In this document: positions 46,902-54,704 of the stretch, piece after piece | Position numbering within the stretch: position 1 is the stretch's first letter | Layout of the letters: the number at the start of each line of letters is the position of its first letter | Virus record (IMG/VR): IMGVR_UViG_3300008448_000108 | Coordinates: 1 to 54,704 of that record | Direction: 5' to 3' (one strand) | Length of the DNA: 54,704 nucleotides | Origin: a virus | Lineage: Duplodnaviria > Caudoviricetes | The notes under the pieces: model-generated | The model's database searches: none | Seen by the model: the letters and a program-made list of their open reading frames with translations, nothing else | What the model was told of the DNA's origin: nothing | Translations under genes and position numbers: made by a program

Positions 46902-47798
46902 TTAGTATAGCTTAGATTGTGCCCTATTTTCAATCCACCTAAAAACGAAGCTGCTTGGGGGAGATGCTGTTTTGGAAAGGTTTAAGGTCTTGATTTCTGT
47001 TTTCTGGATCGACTTGATCCACCGCCCCTCCCTGCTCTCCCTATAGTATAGCACGATTTTATCGGAATTGGGGTTAATCATGTACCTCACGAAATTGGAT
47101 GTAGTGACTTGCTGATTCTGAATGCCTCTAGCATAAAATGGGCTTACCAAATCCATTGTACCGTGTGGTCTATTTATAATCCTAACAATTTGATTGTCAA
47201 GTGCCTCAGGAGTAAATCCATCTATCACAATATAAAATGACTTTGGATCAAAATTTATATTGTTATTATTTGGAGAAGATACTATTGGCTTTTTTATAGA
47301 TTCTGGTTTCTCTGCAAAGTTTATGAAGTCTAAGGTAGTAGATCCAGATATATCCTCACCCTTGTAGTTTGCTGTTGAACCAATTAAATCTAACTTTTGA
47401 ATTGGAATAGTTGTGGCTTGAGCAATGTCTCCGTCTGAATTAAAAGATAAATTATCTATAGGAGTCTTGCCGGGAGGGAGGATGTTAATACCCTCCTTTC
47501 CTATTAGCCTAGTTTTATCTACTTTTGTTTGTTTTGTAAAATATGTTTTTTCTACAATTCCAGAGTAGTAAGTTCCACTTAAATCAACTACCTTAGCCAC
47601 AGCCTTTAGGGTTGTAGTCAAGCCAGTTGTTGGTAAAGTTATTTTGTTAACAAATATTTCTGAATCTTCATCTGGATCAGAACCATCTAATGTATAAAAT
47701 ATGGTAGATGGCAGTACACCAGTTGACAAGGTTATTGATTCAGGAAAACCAGAAATAATTTGGTCTTCGCTTTCCTCTAAGGTTAAAACTACAATCAT
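46902..47798 (-). CDS. Protein with FN3-associated/chitobiase C-terminal-like Ig domain (probable virion)
   Basis: ITLST...STIFYTLDGSDP...I.L...TTLKAVA. Confidence 0.6.
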   Translation of the reverse strand: MIVVLTLEESEDQIISGFPESITLSTGVLPSTIFYTLDGSDPDEDSEIFVNKITLPTTGLTTTLKAVAKVVDLSGTYYSGIVEKTYFTKQTKVDKTRLIGKEGINILPPGKTPIDNLSFNSDGDIAQATTIPIQKLDLIGSTANYKGEDISGSTTLDFINFAEKPESIKKPIVSSPNNNNINFDPKSFYIVIDGFTPEALDNQIVRIINRPHGTMDLVSPFYARGIQNQQVTTSNFVRYMINPNSDKIVLYYRESREGRWIKSIQKTEIKTLNLSKTASPPSSFVFRWIENRAQSKLY

Positions 47799-47844
47799 GT
47801 AGCCTCCAAACTATATAAATCATTATAATTATTAGATTTGGAAA

Positions 47845-49950
47845 CTATATAGAAATATAGGAGACTGAGCTTTCACTATTTACCTTGGTAATGTCTAGAA
47901 CGTCTGTAAACTTTTCCTTCAAGGCGTCATTATGTGTGATGACCAAAATTTTATATTTCTTCTCTAGAGACTTTATTACGTTAATAAATAGAGATTCTGT
48001 ACCCTGCCTATCTAGTGGTGAGTTTATTTCATCCAACAATAAGAATTCAAGAGCCGAACCACCATGCCTACTGGAGATTTCACTTAGAGCAATTCTAAGT
48101 GCTAAGGAAATTCTAAACTGCTCGCCTCCACTTAAAGACTTAAAGTTTTGAACTATTCCCTCTTTCTTAACTCTTAGGTCGAGAGTATCTACAACAGAAA
48201 TACCATCTGATCCTAATCTTTGAGTGTCTAAGAAAATATGAAATGGTTCATTACAAATTGACTTTAAAATTTCATTTGCTGTTTTCTCTAAATCTTCGAT
48301 AATCGCATTTAATAAAATAGTTTGAATTCCATTTTTACCAAGGAGCCGAACCATCTTTTCTAGAATTGTAACTCTCTTTTGCTTTTCAATGTATGTATTT
48401 TTGAACTCTTGCTTTTCATTAATTCTAGCAAGTAAGCTGGATGTTTTCTCTGTAAGAATACCTATATTATGATTTATCTTTTCAATATCTGAGTTTAGAT
48501 CTGCTAAGTCACTTTTATTATTATGAATGCTGTTTTGCAAAGCTTTAAAAGAATCATCCCTAAGTGAATCTAGAGCCTCATTGTTAATTTTAATATTGGC
48601 TTCGATTTCTATTATATCTTTTTTATATTTTTCAATTTCAGTAGCTAATTCCTTGGATCGCTCTTCAAGTATCCTCAACTCTGTTCCGATAGAGTTTACC
48701 TTGTTTGATGCTGCGTCTTTCTTCTTTTTGTTTTCTCTAACCTTCTCTAAATTTTCAATCTTTGATTCCAGCTCTTTTATTTTATTTTGATAGTAAATAA
48801 TATTTTTATTGTGCTGGCTAATCTCATCATTATGGTCGGAGTGTAGCTTATGATATAAGTCCTCGCTAATGGACTGGTGACAGATATAGCAATTATCTTT
48901 TGTAATCACCCGATTATTGAGAGACTTTATTAATTCTTTAGAAGTAGCAAGACCTGCTTTTAACTCTATAAGCTCTCTATTGGAGGTGTTTATTTTTTCT
49001 TCTACCTCCTCATCAATAATTAGAGACTCTACTTTTTTATTTATTTCTTGAATAAAAGTTTTTTTATCTCGAATTAGATTAAGGTAATCAGAATTACTTT
49101 TGTTTGCAGCTTCTAATTTTTCTGAAGAAAATTTCTTTTGCTTTTCAAGTTGACCTAGAGCTTCTACCGTTTTATCCCAACTACTGGTATCAATTTTAGA
49201 TTTCATTTCTTGATATTTGTTAGTTAGGCCTTCTAAAAGCAGACTTAGCTCAGCCCTGCTTTCTACCTTGACCTTTAGGGAATTATTACAGTTATCCAGC
49301 TCCACAGAAGATTCTGTATAATCCTTAAAAATCTGATCAAACCCTTCAATCTTGGACTCTATTATTTTAGATTCAGCCTTTAATTCTTTCAGGGATGCTC
49401 TGATTTGATCTTCGTATGCGTCCCATTTCGAGATATCAATGATTGACTTCAATATCTCCTTTTTTCTTGACGCATCAGTTTCCGTAAATTCTGAAATATC
49501 ATTTTGCCTAAAATACGCCGAGTTTATAAAGGTCTTATAATCAAATTTAATTGTTTTAATAATTTCATCATTCGTAAGACTTGGAGTAGATCCAGAGACA
49601 TCTATCCAAGCGCCAGATGAATCTTGCTTTGCAAACTCTACATAGGATGTATTTCCAGAGCGATATCTTTTCCGAATCACTCTGTATAGCTCATTAGAAT
49701 GCTTAAAGATAAAGGTAACCTTGCATCCTGATTCTCCCCAAAAGATGACATCATCCATAGAGGCTGCACGAGACTTATTAAACAAGCACCATAGAATACC
49801 TTCAAAAATGGCACTCTTGCCACATCCATTGGAAATATCATAATTGCCCTCTGTATTTCCAATTAGCAATGCAGACTCAAAAAGAGAGAAGTCTATAAAG
49901 CTATCCTTGTGAGAAAAGAAATTCTTAAGATCTAAAGAAACAGGAAGCAT
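47845..49950 (-). CDS. sbcC: SbcC/Rad50-like SMC ATPase
   Basis: LKNFFSH, NGCGKS, coiled coils with CYIC hook, LSGGE, LLLDE, VITH. Confidence 0.92.
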   Translation of the reverse strand: MLPVSLDLKNFFSHKDSFIDFSLFESALLIGNTEGNYDISNGCGKSAIFEGILWCLFNKSRAASMDDVIFWGESGCKVTFIFKHSNELYRVIRKRYRSGNTSYVEFAKQDSSGAWIDVSGSTPSLTNDEIIKTIKFDYKTFINSAYFRQNDISEFTETDASRKKEILKSIIDISKWDAYEDQIRASLKELKAESKIIESKIEGFDQIFKDYTESSVELDNCNNSLKVKVESRAELSLLLEGLTNKYQEMKSKIDTSSWDKTVEALGQLEKQKKFSSEKLEAANKSNSDYLNLIRDKKTFIQEINKKVESLIIDEEVEEKINTSNRELIELKAGLATSKELIKSLNNRVITKDNCYICHQSISEDLYHKLHSDHNDEISQHNKNIIYYQNKIKELESKIENLEKVRENKKKKDAASNKVNSIGTELRILEERSKELATEIEKYKKDIIEIEANIKINNEALDSLRDDSFKALQNSIHNNKSDLADLNSDIEKINHNIGILTEKTSSLLARINEKQEFKNTYIEKQKRVTILEKMVRLLGKNGIQTILLNAIIEDLEKTANEILKSICNEPFHIFLDTQRLGSDGISVVDTLDLRVKKEGIVQNFKSLSGGEQFRISLALRIALSEISSRHGGSALEFLLLDEINSPLDRQGTESLFINVIKSLEKKYKILVITHNDALKEKFTDVLDITKVNSESSVSYISI

Positions 49951-49958
49951 GAAATCTC

Positions 49959-51122
49959 CTACACCATAATCTTTTTTGCTTCGGATAAGATAACTAATTT
50001 TTCTTCTTCATCCATACTAGCTTGATCATCTATAAAGGCTTTAAACATAGAGTAGTCATCTTTATGATTTAGAATCGCCTCATCTCTAACCATCCTAGTA
50101 ACTATTGGCTCTACTGTCACTTTTGAAACATAAAAAGCTCCAGAGTTATATAGAATCTTTTCAATATCATTCTTCTTAATAAATGGAGCCAGATTATCTC
50201 TGATTATGATTCTAGCTCTAGTTATTTTATTATCTAAACTTAATTCAGATATCTTTTCCTTAAATAAATCAATAAAGTTATTGTGATCAGCATTCTCTAG
50301 CGTAATGGTAATATCTTCCAAGGGTCTTGATGGGCATTTTAAAACTTTGGTTCTCTTTGTTTGAGTGTCATAATCAATAAATACTTTATCTATATCCTGA
50401 TCTCCAAAGTTTAATTTTTCCATAGAGCCTGTATATATTGCAATTGGCTCCTTCTTATTTATAATCTTAAACTGATGATAATGACCCATAGCAACAAAAT
50501 CGCAGCCCTTGAAAGCATCTACTCTAGCCAAAACTTCTGCTCCACCATAATCATTATAGCTAGAAGTAAAATAAAAGTTATGGCCTATTGCAACCGTTGG
50601 GTTACTATCACATTGAGCTATTAAATCTTTAACTTCTTGTTCATATAGGAGGGAGTTGTCCTCTGTTGTTTTGCCTAGATACATTCTTTTATCTCTGTAT
50701 GGCAAAAGAACTAAATTAGCTCCAGGCTGGTTTATACCATGTAACTTTATTACCTCAGGGGTTAGAACAATTCTTACGTTTGGATAATCTTTTGCCGCGA
50801 GAGAAGAAATTGCACTTGTAAAGGTCTCTCCAGATCTCCTGTAATCATGATTGCCCATAATGATTACAGATGTAATATTTGCCATAGATAATCTTTTTAT
50901 AGCCTTACTTAGAACATTCATATGTTCTGGAGCTGGAGTTCTGGAGTCAAAAGCATCTCCAGTCTGTATAAATGCGTCAGCACCATTTTCTATCGCATAG
51001 GTTACTATATGATTTAGGGTTTTCTCATAGTCATCCACCCTGGTATTTCCACCATCTTTGGTTGCTTTACCCAATCCAAAAACAGCACCAATATGAGTGT
51101 CGCCACAAATGATAAGCTTCAT
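49959..51122 (-). CDS. sbcD: SbcD/Mre11-like nuclease
   Basis: GDTHIG, TGDAFD, MGNHD, GHN, MGHYH, YTGS. Confidence 0.92.
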   Translation of the reverse strand: MKLIICGDTHIGAVFGLGKATKDGGNTRVDDYEKTLNHIVTYAIENGADAFIQTGDAFDSRTPAPEHMNVLSKAIKRLSMANITSVIIMGNHDYRRSGETFTSAISSLAAKDYPNVRIVLTPEVIKLHGINQPGANLVLLPYRDKRMYLGKTTEDNSLLYEQEVKDLIAQCDSNPTVAIGHNFYFTSSYNDYGGAEVLARVDAFKGCDFVAMGHYHQFKIINKKEPIAIYTGSMEKLNFGDQDIDKVFIDYDTQTKRTKVLKCPSRPLEDITITLENADHNNFIDLFKEKISELSLDNKITRARIIIRDNLAPFIKKNDIEKILYNSGAFYVSKVTVEPIVTRMVRDEAILNHKDDYSMFKAFIDDQASMDEEEKLVILSEAKKIMV

Positions 51123-51664
51123 TTCTCATACCTTTCCTTTATAGTTTGCTCAATTTTTTTCAGAAGTAATTTTGCTTTATGGTCATCATTCTGTTCTATA
51201 TCCATAATATAATTATCAGAATGCTTCATAAGCTTATTTATCCATTTTAAATCATCCTTGTGAGATAAAATAGTTTCCCTAAAAAGGTTTGATATCTGCA
51301 AGAGGGTGTAGAAGTTATTAATTTCTACATTAAAGCTTTTTGAGCTTGAGCTTGGCTCAACCCTAGTTCTCAACTTAGATACAGCTTCTCCAAAGGTAAC
51401 GCCAGTACAAATCATATAGAAATCTATAGAGTTAGAACCAGCCCCACATCCAAAGCAGTAAAAATTATTTTTAACACTATCAATATAGAGAGAGCCAGTT
51501 CTTTCTCCACCATTTTTATGATTTGGAGAAGGACACCGGCATCTTCTATTGAAGTTTCCAGATGATACTTCCTCTGTGTCAATTCCAAATTCATCCGTTA
51601 AATCTAGAATCAAAACCCCAGAGGTAATATCTTCTTTAGAGATATATCCACTTTTCATATTCAA
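51119..51664 (-). CDS. Stand-alone CHC2 zinc finger (primase zinc-binding domain-like)
   Basis: CPSPNH...ERTGSL...FYCFGCGAG.NSIDF...TFGEAV..L. Confidence 0.85.
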   Translation of the reverse strand: MNMKSGYISKEDITSGVLILDLTDEFGIDTEEVSSGNFNRRCRCPSPNHKNGGERTGSLYIDSVKNNFYCFGCGAGSNSIDFYMICTGVTFGEAVSKLRTRVEPSSSSKSFNVEINNFYTLLQISNLFRETILSHKDDLKWINKLMKHSDNYIMDIEQNDDHKAKLLLKKIEQTIKERYEK

Positions 51665-51687
51665 CCCATTCAGCTAAAGTTTTGGAT

Positions 51688-51870
51688 TTATTTTTTAATA
51701 TCTAGAAGCTCGCGAAGCAATTTTCGTTGGGCGCAAGCCGCAAGATATAGTTTATCGCCACTTATATCTATACCGTACTGATTAGAAAAATCCTCCATGT
51801 CCCTTATAAAAGAATTTAAAGATTTTAGTCTTAGTAAGATGGCTTTTTTTAAATCTTCATCTTCAATCAT
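51688..51870 (-). CDS. Small hypothetical protein
   Basis: ATGA overlap with the upstream gene. Confidence 0.55.
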   Translation of the reverse strand: MIEDEDLKKAILLRLKSLNSFIRDMEDFSNQYGIDISGDKLYLAACAQRKLLRELLDIKK

Positions 51871-52244
51871 TCTTTCTCTTTGTCTTGCTTTTCTTGTCTC
51901 TTGAATCTTCTTTCAAGATCTCGGATTTTAACCTCTAGTTCTAAATTTTTATCTTTGAGAGCTAGGCTTGCCCTAAGTGAAAGAATAATTAGCCCAAAGA
52001 CTCCGGCGCCTGGATCTTGAGAGTCTAATTCGTCTGCAGCAACCATAAGCCTGTTAAAAATAGACATGGCATTTTTATTATATGATGCTGTTCTGTTTTC
52101 TGGGTGGACCTTATCTTCTAGAAGCGCCTTATATTCCTCTACTGCTTTTTCATATTTTGATAGCGGTGTTTCAGGTTTTTCACTGTTAGTATGGCGACTT
52201 CTATAATTTCCTGATAATTTAGGACGTTCTTCAGACACTTTCAT
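51867..52244 (-). CDS. Hypothetical coiled-coil protein
   Basis: GAGGA RBS; overlap-coupled. Confidence 0.7.
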   Translation of the reverse strand: MKVSEERPKLSGNYRSRHTNSEKPETPLSKYEKAVEEYKALLEDKVHPENRTASYNKNAMSIFNRLMVAADELDSQDPGAGVFGLIILSLRASLALKDKNLELEVKIRDLERRFKRQEKQDKEKE

Positions 52245-52572
52245 AATCCTCTTTTAAGATAAGCATTATCCAAATTCCACATTCCTTGTGCATTTTTATA
52301 AAGTTTTGAATACTGCTCAGTTTTTTTGAATCATATGCATCATAAATTCTATAAAGCATTGATAGTATGTTAACACACTTGTTGTGATCATTGGTTACAG
52401 AATTAAAAAGCTCACAGGTTGAATCTAAAAAATCTATAATTTTGGTATATTTTTCTTTTTCTAAGGCTTCTAGATCTAGGACTATGTTCTCTACTCCAGG
52501 ACACAAGCAAAACTCTTTAGAGCTGCAACCGTTACATCCCAACACAAGGTAAGCCTTGAGTTGCCCATTCAC
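52231..52572 (-). CDS. Hypothetical Cys/His protein
   Basis: CNGC and HKEC; GTG start. Confidence 0.65.
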   Translation of the reverse strand: MNGQLKAYLVLGCNGCSSKEFCLCPGVENIVLDLEALEKEKYTKIIDFLDSTCELFNSVTNDHNKCVNILSMLYRIYDAYDSKKLSSIQNFIKMHKECGIWIMLILKEDYESV

Positions 52573-52598
52573 CTATATCTCCAGTTAAATATAAAATT

Positions 52599-54329
52599 TT
52601 ATGAATAAGTATTCTTGATACCTCTACATATACAAGTTGCTATAGTTTGCGCGTTAGTAGTGCCAGATGGCGTAACATAGATAAACCATTGATTTGGATC
52701 ATACCCACTTGCCGAAGCATTTAAGGTCCATGTACAATTACCAGGATTTGATGAGGTAGATAGTGCTGTTGAAGCAAGTCCGGTATCTTCGATAGTTGGA
52801 ACACCACTATTATCCGCCGTAATTAAAAAATCTTTCTTGTATCCATAAGAGTTTACACTACCTACTTCTGAAACTAAAAACTCACAAGATAAATATATAG
52901 AGGTATTACTCGGTATAATTCCGGTTTGTGATATGGCATCACAATACAAGGTGACATTGCCTGATGTAGATGTGTTTATTAGCTTTGAGAAAATTAAATT
53001 AATTTCCTGAGTACATCCTGAAACACCAGATACTGTTTCTGCAGAAGAAAATGCTCTTTCTCCATATGAGATAGCTTTAGCATTTATTCCATGAGCCATA
53101 GAGTATGAGCCGGTAACTATATTATCTTTTCCACCAATAATTACACCATATTGCCCCGAAGATGTATTATTAGTTCCAGCGAGAATTGCAGAATTATTTA
53201 CTGAAGTTATTTCATTATATTGTCCGCTAATAATTGATGAATAATCTCCAGAAACTAGATTACCATATCCGCCTAAAATAGAAGAATATCCGTCTGCTGC
53301 ATCTATTTCGTTATCATATCCACCTAAGATGGCAGAATATACTGATTCAACTCTGTTATTATATCCAGAGCCAACAAAGCTGTAATCGCCAGCAGCAGAA
53401 ATAGAATTATCATATCCACTTGCTATAGAAGAATGGGATCCAAAAATAGCGTTACTATAACCTGAGCCTATAAAGCTATAATCAGCAGCAGCAGATATAC
53501 TGTTGTCCTCACCACCGGCTATAGATGCATGGCTTCCAGATATAGTGTTGGTATGCCCGCCTAGAATAGAGGAATAGCCATCTGGTGCATTTATTTGATT
53601 ATCATAACCGCTTAAGATAGTAGAGTATTCTGATTCAACTCTATTGCTGTAACCAGAGCCAATAAAGCAATAGTCACCTGTAGAAATAACAACATTCTCA
53701 AGACCACCTGCTATTGTAGATCCTTCCCCATCTGATCTGTTATTCTTTCCAAATACTGTGGAAAACTGACCAACGTTCGCAGTATCCCATTGACTGCCTT
53801 CCGCAATCCCACTTCTAAATGCACCTTTAGATTTATCAAAATAAAATCTTGAGTAATGATCTGAGTCTCCATCATCTTCTAGTTGATCTGAGCCAAAAAC
53901 AAAATCTTCTACTGCCATGTCTCCGGGGCTGTTAGAGATTACATCAGAGTCTCTGGCAAAAGCAAAGTCATCTCGTACTTTCGATAGATCTAGATAATAA
54001 TATTTATCTCCATCAATAAATCTATATTCTGGAATCGCATCATCTTGTGTGGTAGACTTAGCAACAGTTCTTGTATTTATGGCGCCATTAGCTATACTGC
54101 TATTTTGCAGTTTTCCAGTAACATGGTCGCTTAAATCAATCTTTTGTGCGTGACCATCCTGATGCTTACCATCGTGAATGTGGCCTGCTACCTGGGGATC
54201 TCCTTCTTCATATAAGGATCCATCTGGACTACCATAAAGTCCACCATACCAAGTATTGGCAGCCTCAGCCGTAATAATTGTTGAAGATGGGACATATTTA
54301 GTTAATTTTTTACTGCTAGTCTTTGCCAT
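52599..54329 (-). CDS. Tail fibre/adhesin-like protein with Gly-Asn beta-roll repeats
   Basis: GHIHDG knot-like motif; repeated YS.I.[GS]GY.N units similar to trimeric adhesin head repeats. Confidence 0.6.
   Translation of the reverse strand: MAKTSSKKLTKYVPSSTIITAEAANTWYGGLYGSPDGSLYEEGDPQVAGHIHDGKHQDGHAQKIDLSDHVTGKLQNSSIANGAINTRTVAKSTTQDDAIPEYRFIDGDKYYYLDLSKVRDDFAFARDSDVISNSPGDMAVEDFVFGSDQLEDDGDSDHYSRFYFDKSKGAFRSGIAEGSQWDTANVGQFSTVFGKNNRSDGEGSTIAGGLENVVISTGDYCFIGSGYSNRVESEYSTILSGYDNQINAPDGYSSILGGHTNTISGSHASIAGGEDNSISAAADYSFIGSGYSNAIFGSHSSIASGYDNSISAAGDYSFVGSGYNNRVESVYSAILGGYDNEIDAADGYSSILGGYGNLVSGDYSSIISGQYNEITSVNNSAILAGTNNTSSGQYGVIIGGKDNIVTGSYSMAHGINAKAISYGERAFSSAETVSGVSGCTQEINLIFSKLINTSTSGNVTLYCDAISQTGIIPSNTSIYLSCEFLVSEVGSVNSYGYKKDFLITADNSGVPTIEDTGLASTALSTSSNPGNCTWTLNASASGYDPNQWFIYVTPSGTTNAQTIATCICRGIKNTYS
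53100..53740 (-). repeat. Degenerate 15/17-aa (32-aa period) repeats in the fibre protein
   Basis: GDY.F.GSGY.NRVES.YS.IL.GYDN recurs 96 aa (288 nt) apart. Confidence 0.8.
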
Positions 54330-54339
54330 ATGACATCCA

Positions 54340-54630
54340 TTATTCTTCAGACATTTCTTTTAATATCTTTTTAATTACATTACTAGACTTAAACTTCAAA
54401 GACTTGTAAGGCTTTAAAACCATCTCTTCTTGAGTCTTTGGATTTCGAACAGGCCGAGGGGTATGTTCGTATAGATAGAATCTTCCAAAGCCTACAATAG
54501 ACACTTCGCCGCTAGACTTTAATTCTTCAATTAGGATGTCGAATAATTCTTCGACCACCATATTTGATTCTTTTTGATTTAAGAATGTTTTTTTAGCCAG
54601 CTTTTTAGCCAAGCCTTTTTTATTAAGCAT
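54340..54630 (-). CDS. HU/IHF-family DNA-binding protein
   Basis: NKKGLA..LA, VSIVGFGRF, RPVRNPKTQE, LKFKSS. Confidence 0.92.
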   Translation of the reverse strand: MLNKKGLAKKLAKKTFLNQKESNMVVEELFDILIEELKSSGEVSIVGFGRFYLYEHTPRPVRNPKTQEEMVLKPYKSLKFKSSNVIKKILKEMSEE

Positions 54631-54650
54631 ATTTATCCCAATATTTTATT

Positions 54651-54689
54651 CATACGCACATATGCATACGCACACATGCGTATGTGTGT
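54651..54689. repeat. 39-bp perfect purine/pyrimidine alternation with a direct repeat and a hairpin
   Basis: CATACGCACA at 54651 and 54665; CATACGCA/TGCGTATG inverted repeat at 54665-54684; just upstream of the HU gene. Confidence 0.75.
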
Positions 54690-54704
54690 TATATCGTATC
54701 ATCT

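Noticed and set aside
221-48790. Numerous plus-strand ORFs in the track (60-143 aa)
   Set aside because: They lie antisense to longer, motif-bearing minus-strand genes, have shadow-like Ser/Leu/Phe-rich composition and show no recognisable motifs
1-54704. Stop-codon reassignment, or a bacterial-chromosome or eukaryotic giant-virus origin
   Set aside because: Conserved genes are full length in the standard code and end in TAA, TAG or TGA; terminase, portal and prohead protease with bacterial RBSs indicate a tailed phage despite recA/groEL/dnaE/HU

Overview
The window is an AT-rich, densely packed segment of a large (jumbo-type) tailed dsDNA bacteriophage. Essentially all real genes are on the minus strand and use the standard bacterial code. 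In transcription order (high to low coordinates) it holds: HU-like protein; a repeat-rich fibre/adhesin; a stand-alone CHC2 zinc finger; SbcD/SbcC; a Cas4/RecB-like nuclease; a sigma-70-like factor; a 2301-aa unknown protein; and a DNA Pol III alpha (DnaE) gene broken in two by a naturally split Ser/Ser intein. The two DnaE halves enclose a 3.5-kb cargo block with TadG- and TadE-like pseudopilins, FeoA, a possible anti-defence hairpin protein and two paralogous unknowns. Next come a UvsY-like protein, SSB, RuvC, a GroEL-like chaperonin, RecA and a primase core lacking its zinc finger. The head module follows, with a candidate small terminase, a tRNA nucleotidyltransferase, large terminase, portal, a DUF192 fusion, a prohead protease-scaffold fusion and a decoration-like protein. 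Many head-module proteins share a recurrent hydrophobic-x-K-x-A motif, probably a maturation cleavage signal. I saw no tRNA, rRNA, CRISPR array or major capsid gene. All family calls come from motif recognition by eye; no database search was run.
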